Assembly (NCBI RefSeq): GCF_964355755.1
Contig: NC_092673.1
Location: 17,543,648 to 17,607,647 of the forward strand
Direction: 5' to 3'
Length of the DNA stretch: 64,000 bases
From: Antedon mediterranea
Taxonomy: Eukaryota; Animalia; Echinodermata
Part shown: positions 14,321 to 27,094 of the stretch, piece after piece
Layout of the letters: the number at the start of each line of letters is the position of its first letter
Position numbering within the stretch: position 1 is the stretch's first letter
Position numbers and translations under genes: made by a program
The notes under the pieces: model-generated
The model's database searches: none
Told to the model about the DNA's origin: nothing
The model's input: only the letters and a program-made list of their open reading frames with translations

Positions 14321-14893
14321 TTAGGAAAGCTCATTAATATTCATGAGATATTACAAAATCACGTCATCAGTGGATTCCAAACTCGCGACGTCATGTACGT
14401 TGTGTTTGTCGACTAATTTACATCTCTCTCCCCTGTCAAACGACGACCACCCGATCATTGTGAAATACATTTTTTGTAGATTTTCTAAGCTAGAAGGTCT
14501 AAAGTGTAATAATAACAGTAGTAGCATATATTTATTTGACATTTAATGAAATACAAAATTTAGTACAGATCATAGAGTCATAAATTATACTATTTTTACC
14601 TCTATAGTACAGATCGTATTATCGGCTTCACGTACTAGGCCTAGCCTAAATCATTTTTTTTATGGGTGAGAGCCATTCTGACTAGGGATTCCATGTCATG
14701 ATGGCTACGTTAAAACATTGGGGCCCATGGGCCTAGCTAGCCTACTAGACGATTGGCCCATAAATAACAAAACTCAGTGGATTCCAAACCCATCCTATCG
14801 ATCAAACTCCTAAACAATCTAAACCTAAAACGTTCTAAAAAATCGGCTGTAAATATTGAGGCAAAACAAGGTCCGATCGCCGTCCGCACGTTA

Positions 14894-16359
14894 AGGCTGG
14901 TTTCCTGTCGACGTAAGAAGTCGAATTTTGCAACGACTCTTGCGTTTCATACGTTTCTTACGTCTCTTACGAAAGTTGAGAAAAAATTGACGTCGTTGAC
15001 GTTAGTCAAGATCGTGTCAGGCCGCAGAGAAACATCTGTAGTTATGCTGCTCCCGAAAGTTGAAATTTTGGCTGTGAAACACACGTCGTATGCTTACGTC
15101 GATTTTAGTGGTGTTACGAAAGTTGAAATTTTTTTCTTTCGTCGGTCAGATTTATGACGTATTTGAAACAACATCTATGATTGGTGTTTCTTTTTAGAGC
15201 GGGTTTTATCATTTTTCGCGCGAAATGTTGAATGTTGTTATTGTACCTGTAGCTACTCAGTGTCAGTGCAGCACACCAACATATTATTTTTAGTAGATAG
15301 GCTAGGCCCTAGTATTAGTAATAATACTTAATTAATACTACTAATAGGAATGGATTTGACCAAAATATAATCAAACTAGCCTAGGAGCCAGGCTAATAGG
15401 CTAGGCCTATGCACTATTGTATGAACCAAAATATGAATTAATTATTCTGGCCTTAGTAGGCCTAGCCTTAAATAGTTTTCAAAATTAAAAAACGGCAAAT
15501 CATTTCGGGATTCCTATTATTATTAGACCTACCTATGGGCCCAGGCATACCGTACTCTAATCGAGCATGAGATAGTACTAACGCAGTAAGATACCCATTA
15601 TTTACCTATAATAAGAATAAATTTGACAAAACAATATAAATTATACAAAATCAAGCAAACATTTTTTTTTAAAGTTACATAATAATATTATATTGCTTAC
15701 AAGGGCTTTCTATATCTTATCTTGTTGCAAATGTTCATTTTCGCGACGTTTCTACCGACAAATAGAACAGAAGAATGTCGGTTTCAATGCGGATTGTTTA
15801 TTGCACGTCCATAAATAAGAGTATTATATTTTGATATGAGTTGTAAACTCCCTGATTAGAACAATATTATATTGAAACTACTGTACACTTGTAAAGTATG
15901 TACATTGTACAACATCGTAAAGTGGGCTAAAATTGTAGTAGTACGGTAAATACATACAAATGTTATTGTCCGGCTATATTTCACTGTAAGGTCTTACACA
16001 TTACGTCATAACTCTTGTCGCTCATTGGTTGCTTGTTACGATTGCGCTTACGTCTCTTGCGAAAGTTGACTTCAAGTCAACTTTCGTAAGAGACGTAAGA
16101 AACGTGACGCAAGGGCGTTCATTCAAGCGTAAGATCAAAAATCCCGGTTTCCTGTAAAATCGGAAGAAAACGTCGTAACGCAACAATTGTTAGGTCACCG
16201 GTTTCCTGTAAAATCGTTTGTCGTTACCATTTTTCTTACGTTACGTCGATTTCATAAATTTTCGATCGTAATCGGTTTCCTGTAAAATCCGCATTTCTTA
16301 CGACAAATCGACGTAGTCGCAACAAAAGTGATGTTCTTACGTCGACAGGAAACCAGCCT
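14894..16359. mobile_element. non-autonomous PIF/Harbinger-type element 2
   Basis: TIRs aggctggtttcctgtcgacgtaagaa / ttcttacgtcgacaggaaaccagcct; TTA TSD at 14891-14893 and 16360-16362; subterminal cggtttcctgta repeats; empty site near 21745. Confidence 0.9.
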
Positions 16360-17674
16360 TTATGGTGTCCCGCGATCGTCTAAGTAGGCCTAAAATAGTT
16401 TACTCTCCAAAAAAGCAGATACTGCATCAAGCAAGTAGACTTTAGTAGTAGGAAGGAGACCTAGCCGATCCGGCCCAGTTAAAAATTGAGCTAGCTAGTG
16501 TTGTAGACCCTATGCGAATTGATACTACCAGGCCTTTTACTATAGGCTATACTTGTTAAAATTAGCAATACTATGTTCACCAATATTCCAACTCTCTCAT
16601 TCGATCTCTATTATCTATAAGATACCATTCCGGTAGGTCGAGTCGACCTTCAATGAAATACTGTACATCGTTCATGTTGTGATTATAGACGGGGTATACT
16701 CGACCCGACCAGTTTGGTATTGTATACTGTACCTGCTTATCATGTGACGATGTCAGGCATGGGCAGAGAGCATGTGTATCGCTCCTCAGCAGCAGGAATG
16801 TACAGTATACGTTACGCTTCATTGATTATGAAGGCTTTTCCCTAAGTCAGTGCGAACATCGGCAAACGTAAACTGAATCTCCAAATGATTTGACACAATT
16901 TTGATGAATTTTCATAGAAAATTGACTTTATAAATGGGAAGACCGACTAAAATTACATCAGATAAGTATAATTTTACAAAAGTAATTGATATGGTTAATG
17001 ATAACGAGTCGTCGGAAGATTGACCATTTCACGAATTTCCTATTCTGTAACCACAGTGTTATTTTGCCGTAGCTGCACTTGTAATCTGGCCTCATTTCAC
17101 AGCCTTCGTTCTGCTTCACTGGGCGCTTATATAAATTGAAACTTTTACCGTTGAAGAGATAAACAAATATATTTTATATAATTTTAAACCTGGAACCCTC
17201 CTTTAATGTTCATGCTCGACTCATTATTGAGGAGATCGGGCCTCCAGTCCTTGTAACCAAACATTTTTAAAAACCCATGAAAAAGATAAAAAAGAATTGA
17301 CAAGCAGAGAGTCGACCCCTGCAACCCTGCCTCTAGGCCTATACCCTCATCAATACACCACCGATCCATCCAGCTTGTTGATCGAATCAGGTTTTACTTT
17401 GTATAATATGAATAGAGAACAAATGTATTATATGTATTAGCATTTTAACCAACCAATCAGAACTGAGTTGACCTTGTTTCTATACTGGTGTCACCACATA
17501 ACAAACAGGCCTTCCTGGGGTTTCCCTGATCTCACAACATGCATTCAAACACACCGTTGTGGTCTTTCATTTTCAGAAAACACAGTGTGGTGGTCTTTTG
17601 TTTTCATGATGCATCAAACAACTACAATGCACTGCAAGTTTGACGTGATGCGTAAAAAAACTTTTCTATTTAAT

Positions 17675-18028
17675 TGTAACGGTAGTCGTGTCGAGGGCCA
17701 AGACAATAACGATGGCAAAAAATTATCAATGTACAAAATATAATATTTATTCAATCAAAAGTAATATTATAAAACAATGTGAAAATGTAGTGATTCTGAC
17801 TGATGTTATAGTCTCAAGAATCAATACCCAAACTAACTAACTTAACTACAAAACATATATTTATATTAAGGGGACAAAAGTATGAGTAATTAAATGGTAA
17901 CACATCCTGATTGACTTTCCTTGGAAGACCCTCCTCAGGAATGTAGTGTTCCAAGTTAAGTAGGCATCGGGGAGAGGAAGGGGTGAATAGCCTGTGTGAC
18001 TAATAGGGTTTGGTCCCACCATGTTACA
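17675..18028 (-). repeat. 3' LTR of the Gypsy element
   Basis: TG...CA with 6-bp inverted ends; 17799-18028 is directly repeated at 24682-24911. Confidence 0.9.
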
Positions 18029-18799
18029 TTCCCCCGCTCGTCAATTCGAAGCCATGTCTTCGAAACCAACGAGTCACTGAGCCAAAAGTGTATTGACAAA
18101 CAAACAAACAAACTTAACTACGAACATCTTAAATTTAAACAAAAAGAAAAAGTAATTAATGCAAATCGTCACAAATTAATAAATCGGCAAACGTGGCAAA
18201 ATATACAAAATTAAAAGTAAAATTGTTCAAAGTTCCCAATTTAAAAGTCATAATAATAATATAAAGTGTTCAGCTCAGCAATGCTCAGTTAAAAAAAGTC
18301 AGTTGGTCATAAATTCAGTATTAACTCCCGATGGATGCATCAATCAGCAGTCTACCAGTCCGTTGCCAGGAAACAGTTTGTATTTTTGTAACAAAAAAAA
18401 TCTGTAAACAACATAACTGCAGTTGACTGCTCATTATATCTTGAAGAAAATGTTTAAAAAATGTACATTTCTGGACTCAAGTTTATCATTAAAGTGAAAC
18501 AGTTTATCAATAAGTAATTATCATGTAAGTGTTAAAAGTTTCTTGTGATCCATTGTAAACTTCATTCAGGGAACATAGTTGTGAAAAGCTTCTTATATCT
18601 AGTGGGCAGGAGGGGAGAACCAATAAAACACAATTCAACATACACATCATCATGAAAGTTGCAGTAAACTTAATACTACATTTAACTAAATCCAATTTGA
18701 TAAGCAAATATTAGCGTATTATATTTAAGATTATACATTACAAACATGAAAGTGATTTTACAAAATTATTGAAAAAGGCACTCTTAACTACTGTACTGT

Positions 18800-19448
18800 A
18801 CATAAGATAAAATACGTAGTGATCCATCAGGTTTGGGGACAGAAGCAATGGAGGCAGACCATGGGATTGTCAATGGTTCAATAATACCATTATCATGCAT
18901 GTGTTGTATTTGTAATTTGACTTGGTCTTCTAATGCATAAGGGATTCTATAGGCTTTTTGTCTTACTGGGGTATCTGTTGTTGTACAGTACGTACTTCAT
19001 GTTTAACCATATCTGTTCTACCTGGGATATCTGTAAACATAAATCGTTTTGAGTCATGATTTGGTGAAGGTCGCCTTTCTGGGAAGGAGTAAAGGTAGCC
19101 CGGGATTTCAATATCTTTATAGGATTGGGCTTGGGAAGTGGCGGGGCCTGGTGGCTCGGGAGGGAACCAGTCGTCTGGATCTGGGTCACGTGCAGTGTAC
19201 ATACAATCATTGTTTCGTTTCTGTGGACGTTCGTTATATAACCGTAGTGAATTAATGTGGTATGTTTTGTGTTTGTTACCAACTAGTATTTCATAATTAA
19301 CATCACTTAAAACTTTAGAGATAGGATAGGGACCTTGCCATTTAGATTTAACTTTCGATGTGTCATCTGGGAGGAGAATTAATACTTTCTGTCCAACCTT
19401 AAATTTTCGAGGCAATGTTTTCTTATTATAATAATGTTTCTGTTTCAC
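18800..19448 (-). pseudogene. Gypsy pol remnant: integrase C-terminal GPY/F region followed by RT N-terminus
   Basis: ORF 18963-19448 RKFKVGQKVLILLP..KWQGPYPI..VNYEI..HINSLRLY, then FTDIPGRTDMVKHEV; frameshifted continuation YRIPYALEDQVKLQIQHMHDNGIIEPLTIPWSASIASVPKPDGSLR. Confidence 0.88.
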
Positions 19449-19976
19449 TTGGGCTTGTTTAAGGTTGGTTCTAGCAATGTCATTTTTCTTGGGAAAGGTT
19501 TAAGTGGTAGGGCATCAGTGATTGGGAACGTTTTAACGTTAAGGGCCGGCAGCAGCTAAATTAATAGCCTCTTGTCTTTCTTGGTCACGGGCTTGTTTTC
19601 TGGTAATAGCTAATATAGAAGGGGCCATGTGACGTCGTTTGGGTTACCGGTCATAACTTTGTTGCCAAGTAATAAGTCTTTAGGGGTGTCATTACACACG
19701 GCTGCCTTTAATTTTCCTTTATAAGCCTTACAATCAATATGTACGTGTACAACTGGGAGGGTTATGCATTGACCAGTAAAGCCTTGTACGGTAACAGTTT
19801 CACTGGTATAATCCTTGTGTTTAACAAAAGTACTTTTTACAATGCTTTGGGAGCACCCAGTGTCTCTACGTATTTCGGCCTGTCTGTTGTTAATTGTACC
19901 AGACAGTAACCATGGGTTTGTCCCACAATTGTGTTCAATATACAGGCCTAGTAATTGATCTTTTGCAGGGTTGTTG

Positions 19977-20568
19977 TTAAGGGGGCATTGTCAATGAAAT
20001 GTGGCCTGGTTTATTACATTTGTAGCACATAATGTTTTGTGTAGTGTAGTGGTGATTGGTGTAGGTACCGCTAGGGGCTGAATAATTATCAAAAGGGATC
20101 GAGAGCAAGGGTTCTGGGGAATAACTCGATGTAGGTTGGGGAGGGCCTTGGGATGCGGGACTGTAACTAGGAAACGGCGGAGCTATTGATGGAATGGTGG
20201 ATATTCTCGGGGAAGGTCTGGTGTTGGGTTTAGAGATAGATTCCATCCAGGGTTTACCTTTAATTTCAATCAGGGTATCGGCAATTCGGGAAAATTCATG
20301 GGACGTTTTAGGCTCTCTTTCTTTGATTAGGGAAGCAAGTGGGAAGGGGAGTTTTTGGATCGCCTGATCTAAAAGAAAAAAGTCAAGAATTTCCTTGGGG
20401 TCTTGTAGGTTACCTTTTGCACTTCGGAGCCACCTCGTCATGTCTCGATCAAGTTTTCCAACCCACACTCTAGTGGACATTGAAAGGGGTTTTGGGGTTT
20501 GTCTAAATTGTTTCCGATATGTTTCAGCTGTGAGGTGGTACTTCAGGATAGCATCTTTAAGGTCGTTG
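19977..20568 (-). pseudogene. Gypsy gag remnant (capsid/SCAN-like C-terminal half and zinc knuckle)
   Basis: LKDAILKYHLTAETYRKQFR...ILDFFLLDQAIQKLPFPLASLIKEREPKT...CYKCNKPGHIS. Confidence 0.85.
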
Positions 20569-20883
20569 CAGACCTTGATTTATAAATATAAGAGGAGAGC
20601 TCCTAATGGCCTTGTTGAGGCCATTAGGAGAGCCATTATTTTGATTAAGTATCCGAGGCACAGGCCCACCATGGTTGGGCCTGTGGCGAGCCGAATTTTG
20701 ATAAATGACACCTCTAGATGGCCGGAAATGGTACTCTCGCACGTAAAATTCATCGTAGGTCAATGACCGTGTTCGTACGGCGATTGAAATACACGTTTAT
20801 TTGGTTTTTACCCTTGGGGTAAAACCCATACGACGTTCGTACGAATAAACAAAGTACCGGTAAGCTGACACGAAACCAATTAA

Positions 20884-22477
20884 AGGGGGGTTCCGGGTTT
20901 AAAATGAATAGTAAAAAATGTAAAATATGTTTGTTTGTCTCTTGAACGGTAAAAGTTTCAATTTATATAAGCGCCCAGTGAAGCAGAACGAAGGCTGTGA
21001 AATGAAGCCAGATTACAAGTGCAGCTACGGCAAAATCACACTGTGGTTACAGAATACGAAATTCGTGAAATGGTCAATCTTCCGACGACTCGTTATCAAT
21101 AACCATATCAATTACTTTTGTAAAATTATACTTATCTGATGTAATTTTAGTCGGTCTTCCCATTTATAAAATCAATTTTCTATGAAAATCCATCAAAACA
21201 GTGAAAAATTAGATAAGTTTGCACTTTACGTTTGCCGATTTTCGCACTGACTTAGGGAAAGCCTTCAAAATCAATGAAGCGTAACGTATACATTCCTGCT
21301 GAGCAAGGAGAGCGAGACGACGATACAGTGCTCTCTCTGCCCATGCCTGGCATCGTCACGTGATAAGCAGATACAGTATACAATACCAAACTGGTCGGGT
21401 CGAGTATACCCCGTCTATATCACAACATGAACGATGTACAGTATTTGATTGAAGGTCGACTCAACCTACCGGAATGGTATAGATAATATAGCTCGAATGA
21501 GAGAGTTGGAATATTTGTAAACATAAGTACAGTATTGCTAATTTTAACAAGTGTAGCCTATAGTAAAAGGCCTGGTAGTATCAATTCGCATAGGGTCTAC
21601 TACACTGGCTAGCTCAATTTTTAACTGGGCCGGATCGGCTAGGCTAGGCTAGGTCTCCTTCCTACTACCGGTATACTTGCTTGATGCAGTATCCGATTTT
21701 TTGGAGAGTAAACTAGGCCTACTTATTAGACGATCGGGACACCATACGTGCGGACGGCGATCGGACCTTGTTTTGCCTCAATATTTACAGCCGATTTTTG
21801 TAGAACGTTTTAGGTTTAGATTGTTTAGGAGTTTGGTTGATAGGATGGGTTTGGAATCCACTGAGTTTTGTTATTTATGGGCCAATCGTTTAGTAATAGG
21901 CTAGCTAGGCCCATGAATGATGGCCATCGTGGCATGGAATCCCTAGTCAGAAATGGCTCTCACCCCGGCATGAATAAAATGATTTAGGCTAGGCCTAGCC
22001 TAGTACGTGAAGCCGATATACGATCTGTACTATTAATTCGAGGTATAAAAATAGTATAATTTATGACTCCGTAATCTGTACTAAATTTTGTATTTCATTA
22101 AATGTCAAATAAATATATGCTACTACTGTTATTATTACACTTTAGGCCTAGCTTAGCAAATCTACAAAAAATGTATTTCACAATGATCGGGTGGTCGTCG
22201 TTTGACAGAGGAGAGAGAACACAACGTACAAGCTTGACGTCGCGAGTTTGGAATCCACTGATGACGTGATTTTGTGAATATCTCATGAATATTAATGAGC
22301 TTCCCTAAGCTGCTGAAAAACAGACTTTCCATGAATTTACCCTAAAATGTATATGAAATTTAATTTTTTTAATTTCTCGTTAGTACTTTTTCATTCTGAC
22401 ATGTCTATATTGTTATAATATTTTTTATTTAATAAATAAACGATATTTAAAAGCAATTTTAAACCCAGAATCCCCCT
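20884..22477 (+). mobile_element. non-autonomous TIR DNA transposon (Kolobok-like), copy B, uninterrupted
   Basis: TTAA (20880-20883) aggggggttccgggtttaaaat ... attttaaacccagaatccccct TTAA (22478-22481); TTAA TSD with purine-purine termini fits Kolobok. Confidence 0.85.
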
Positions 22478-22707
22478 TTAAGATCAGAATTCTTAGGTCA
22501 AAAAGCGCCCTCTGTGCGTCGACCCATATCAATTGACATGGCGTGTTGACATATTCAACTGGATATTGCATGTCGTTTTGTGCGCGAATCGTTCAATTAT
22601 TATTTTTCAATCGACAACCAGACCTATATATTTATAATACATCGAATACAATTTATTTTTTAACTAAATAATGATCGAAAATCCTGCTAACGTATGTTGT
22701 TTGTTGA

Positions 22708-23000
22708 CCACGTGTATTTATCGTGCGAGCCGAACTATTGTTGTGGAAATTCCATTTAATGTACACGCACTGTACCCCTCTTGTAAAAATCACCACGTGT
22801 ATTTATCGTGCAAGCCAAACTATTGTTGTGGAAATTCCATTTATTGTACACGCACTGTACCCCTCTTGTAAAAATCACCACGTGTATTTATCGTGGGAGC
22901 CGAACTATTGTTATAAAAATTCCATTTAATGTACACGCACTGTACCCCTCTTGTAAAAATCACCACGTGTATTAATCGTGCGAGCCGAACGGTTGTTGTG
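22708..23000. repeat. 85-bp tandem repeat, about 3.5 copies, inside the hAT-like element
   Basis: ccacgtgtatttatcgtgcgagccgaactattgttgtggaaattcc... repeated at 22708, 22793, 22878 and 22963. Confidence 0.9.
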
Positions 23001-24681
23001 GTGAAGTCACAGACACCAGGCTACCACAATACAGAACTCCCTGCCGTTACATGTACATTATAAGCCACCGATTCGCAAGTTCAGGTCACCGGAGAAAACC
23101 AACGAGTTGATTATTTACATATAATTTTACAAAACAATAGATATACATTCGCATTAACGAAAAAGAACATTTTAAACAATAATTGCTAAACAATCAGAAA
23201 GCTTATTTGAGGTCGTGATTTGACATGACCCCGTTAACGCTTGATTAATTATACCCCGAGGCAGTGTGTAATTGGAATGGGATTGTAATAACCAGTAAAG
23301 TTGGTGGATTTTTCGTCCAGATGGTTTTCTAAATTTTTATAGCCAGAGGCGTAAGTTAATTGCCACACGCGACCTCACAGTTGGAAGTACACGGTAGTTT
23401 CAGCCCCGTCCGAACGGGCCCATTGTTCTCTGAACGTAGTCTACGATGTATTGTTATGATAATTATCTACGCGTCGATCGTAGGGTGGTTAGTAAACACC
23501 ATTGTCATTGCCTTTAGAAGCATGGACAATGCAAACAAACAATGTATTGTTTGCTAATTAAAATCATATCTAAAGATAGTAGACGTCAATTTTTGTAGCC
23601 ACCCTAGCTAGGCCTACGCATCGGTTATCCTAATTTGGACGGAAATCCGCCGACGAGACGACATCGGGTCCGTGGACCTCAGCTCACGCAGAGAGAGTCG
23701 AGGCTATCTAGTCTAGTTTCGGCGGCCTACACTATAAATTATTTAATCCTACCTTGGGTTAGCGAATTATAAAAAGAACGACACCTAGCCTAGGCTAGGA
23801 CACCAACAAAATATATGCAAAATAAATATATATTCCATATTATTATTAATTACTATAAGATTTAACATAAAGGCTTAAGCCTTTTAAAATGATTACGACC
23901 AGAATTTGGAGGGGAAAACATGTGAGCAGTTAAGATCAGAGAGTATTATGTTTCATGTCATGTGACACAAAATCCAGGTACACGATCTTAATTACTGTTT
24001 ATCGTCGGCAGCCACCCTCCAAAAAAACATGTGAGATGTTGCGGTAAAGCAGAGAGTATCGCGTTTCATGCCATGTGACCAAAAAAACTAGGTCTGTATA
24101 ATTACGGTCTTCTGTCGGCAGTCTTTTTGAGCGACCGATTGAACGTTCTGATACTACAGTATATTTAGAATGAATTGTTTACGATATTTTTCTCGCAACA
24201 TCAAAGATCGTAGGCGCGCCTAGCCTATCGGGGGTAGCCATAACAAAGATCGTTTGCGCGACTATATATAGACTGTGTGTTGTATTCGGGGTTAATATTC
24301 TTATTATTTTTATGACGCACTGTAACAGGTTGGGGAGCGCTATTTTAGGCGCTCCTTTGATCGTTTTCAGGAGCGCCAAGGAGCGTCAGCGCCATGGCGC
24401 TCCTTTTAAATCAAGGTCTGTCGTTGTATGTGAAGTTCTGTAAGGGCATATCGTTGTAGGCCTCTCTGGCTTTACCAGTTAATTTTGGGAGAAGAAGGTG
24501 TAGAGTCCAATTTTCAGGGGGAATTTGGCACTGTCTTGCAATACGCTCAAAGCATGACAAGTAAATATCAATTTCATCCTTATCTGTGATTTTAGGGATC
24601 TTATTAATGAAGCAATCTCCTTCAGTGCGATCCAGTCAAGGAAGCCCTTCAACAGTCGGACCCAGCATATATTTGGATGCT

Positions 24682-24911
24682 ACTGATGTTATAGTCTCAA
24701 GAATCAATACCCAAACTAACTAACTTAACTACAAAACATATATTTATATTAAGGGGACAAAAGTATGACTAATTAAATGGTACCACATCCTGATTGACTT
24801 TCCTTGGAAGACCCTCCTCAGGAATGTAGTGTTCCAAGTTAAGTAGGCATCGGGGAGAGTAAGGGGTGAATAGCCTGTGTGACTAATAGGGTTTGGTCCC
24901 ACCATGTTACA
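24682..24911 (-). repeat. partial 5' LTR of the Gypsy element
   Basis: Direct repeat of 17799-18028; inner LTR end, PBS and gag start deleted. Confidence 0.88.
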
Positions 24912-25261
24912 CTAATACTGAAATTTATTACAAAAATTTGAGAACTAATAAAGAAATTGGTACACTATTTAAAAAGTGTAATAAGGGATCATCTCACAGT
25001 GTGTTGATTGACTTGGTACTTTGGAGGGAACATAAAGTTGTGAACAACCTAAATACACATTTTATATGTCAAGGAGAATAATAATAATAATGCTGTCTGT
25101 ATTATGGCTACTGTAAATCTGATTCAAGCTTCGCCGTCAAAAATACTTATTCTTTTTTGTTTTTATTGACATTAATTTATTGTGACTTAAAAGTTTAATT
25201 TGTTTAAAAGAATATTAGTATTTCTAATCTAGAGTATACTACAAAGGATTGTGTTGTTTTG

Positions 25262-26197
25262 TGTGTTAGATTGTGTACATAAGGCATGTGCATTGTTAGA
25301 TTGTACACATAAGGCATGTGTATTGTTAGATTGTACACATAAGGCATGTGCATTGTTAGATTGTACACATAAGGCAGTGTATTGTTAGATTGTGCACATA
25401 AGGCATGTGTATTGTTAGATTGTACACATAAGGCATGTGCATTGTTAGATTGTACACATAAGGCATGTGTATTGTTAGATTGTACACATAAGGCATGTGT
25501 ATTGTTAGATTGTACACATAAGGCATGTGCATTGTTAGATTGTACACATAAGGCATGTGTATTGTTAGATTGTACACATAAGGCATGTGTATTGTTAGAT
25601 TGTACACATAAGGCATGTGCATTGTTAGATTGTACACATAAGGCATGTGCAGTGTTAGATTATGCACATAAGGCATGTGTATTGTTAGATTGTACACATA
25701 AGGCATGTGTATTGTTAGATTGTACACATAAGGCATGTGCATTGTTAGATTGTACACATAAGGCATGTGCATTGTTAGATTGTACACATAAGGCATGTGT
25801 ATTGTTAGATTGTACACATAAGGCATGTGTATTGTTAGATTGTACACATAAGGCATGTGCATTGTTAGATTGTACACATAAGGCATGTGCAGTGTTAGAT
25901 TGTACACATAAGGCATGTGCAGTGTTAGATTATGCACATAAGGCATGTGTATTGTTAGATTGTACACATAAGGCATGTGTATTGTTAGATTGTACACATA
26001 AGGCATGTGCAGTGTTCGATTGTACACATAAGGCATGTGCAGTGTTAGATTGTGTACATAAGGCATGTGCAGTGTTAGATTGTACACATAAGGCATGTGC
26101 ATTGTTAGATTGTACACATAAGGCATGTGCAGTGTTAGATTGTGTACATAAGGCATGTGCATTGTTAGATTGTACACATAAGGCATGTGCATTGTTA
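25262..26197. repeat. 30-bp tandem repeat, about 31 copies
   Basis: Unit tgttagattgtacacataaggcatgtgYat. Confidence 0.97.
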
Positions 26198-27094
26198 CCG
26201 CACAAAATAAAACTGATGAGAAATTTAATTTCATTATGCAATTTTATCTTAATTAGTCAGTAAAACATTTTTTCATGGCTTACTAATGGAGATTTTGATG
26301 TAGTTTTATTTGATTAACAAATGGTAACATGCATTGATAGTTGACAAACATTTTGTGGTTTTAATAAAATGAAATAATTTATTATATAATATAGAGTAAA
26401 TTACACAGAAAAAGTAATGTGATGATGTGTGTTTGCCTAGCCTTTGTTTACTGTGCACTTTCACATTGGCTGGAAAATGCCAGGGCAATTTACAGTCATT
26501 GTTGTCTTTCAGGTTTAGACTTATTATTATTAATTATAGAAGTGATTATTAATTTCCAATAGACCATATCATAAAAACCCATCAAAAACTGCGTTTGTGA
26601 TTTTGTTCTCTGTTATATAAAATCTTTTATTTTCTATTGAATAGGCTGACATGCAAGACTGATTTAGGAAGTCAGGTGATGCACAGAACGCGGCAAAGAG
26701 GGTGTTGGCACTTTGCATAACAATAAACACCTTATAGGCTGGTAGCGTACAATCCCATTGCTGGACCAGTGAATGGAGGATTCTTTTCCAGACAAATGAT
26801 GTAATTTTATGGTTAACATTATTTATGAATTCATTAGTGTGATGTGAGTTATATATTTTTTAAATTTCATTATAGTAATTTGACTTTTAAGCTAGTAGAG
26901 CTCATTATATAAAGGTTTAAACAGTCTGGTTTAAAGCTAGTCCGTAATAATACGACACAATGGTTCATACAACAAACAGTAGCCAAAACATATTTTGGTT
27001 TATAATCCAACAGATATGTTGTGTGAGAATAAATGCTGTTTTAAATGTCTTATTAATTCTTTTTAATTGTGGTTTGCTGTCTTTAAATTAGCTT

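Larger units (their letters stand above)
11680..17202 (-). mobile_element. non-autonomous TIR DNA transposon (Kolobok-like), copy A, carrying three nested insertions
   Basis: Ends agggggattctgggttt...aaacctggaaccctcct followed by TTAA (17203-17206); left TTAA absent. With the three insertions removed it is the reverse complement of 20884-22477. Confidence 0.8.
20569..24420. mobile_element. non-autonomous TIR DNA transposon (CAG termini, hAT-like) inserted in gag
   Basis: 13-bp TIR cagaccttgattt / aaatcaaggtctg; TCGTTG duplicated at 20563-20568 and 24421-24426. Removal restores gag in frame (..NFTYND|LKDAIL..). Subterminal ggagcgcc repeats. Confidence 0.88.
17675..24911 (-). mobile_element. 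internally deleted Gmr1-like Ty3/Gypsy LTR retrotransposon
   Basis: 3' LTR 17675-18028 (TGTAAC...GTTACA). Partial 5' LTR 24682-24911, with 3 differences seen in 230 bp. Polypurine tract at 18029-18040 (minus strand). Flanks ttaat/ctaat. Minus-strand remnants in order: gag (~24610-24421 plus 20568-19977; FERIA, LTGKAREAY, CYKCNKPGH), protease (RDTGCSQSIV ~19860), integrase C-terminus (WQGPY, 19448-19230), RT start (FTDIPGRT, YRIPY, GIIEP, KPDGSLR, ~19050-18800). Confidence 0.92.

Noticed and set aside
14343-16822. Short ORFs inside the TIR elements as transposase genes
   Set aside because: No DDE-like motifs; ORFs are short and not preserved between the two element copies
11680-22477. Single giant element with 1.6-kb TIRs (Polinton- or foldback-like) enclosing the Gypsy genes
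   Set aside because: Each arm has its own TIR pair and TTAA end, and the right arm is nested within the LTR element, so these are two independent copies
25356-26263. 292- and 293-aa ORFs on both strands
   Set aside because: Artefact of a 30-bp tandem unit
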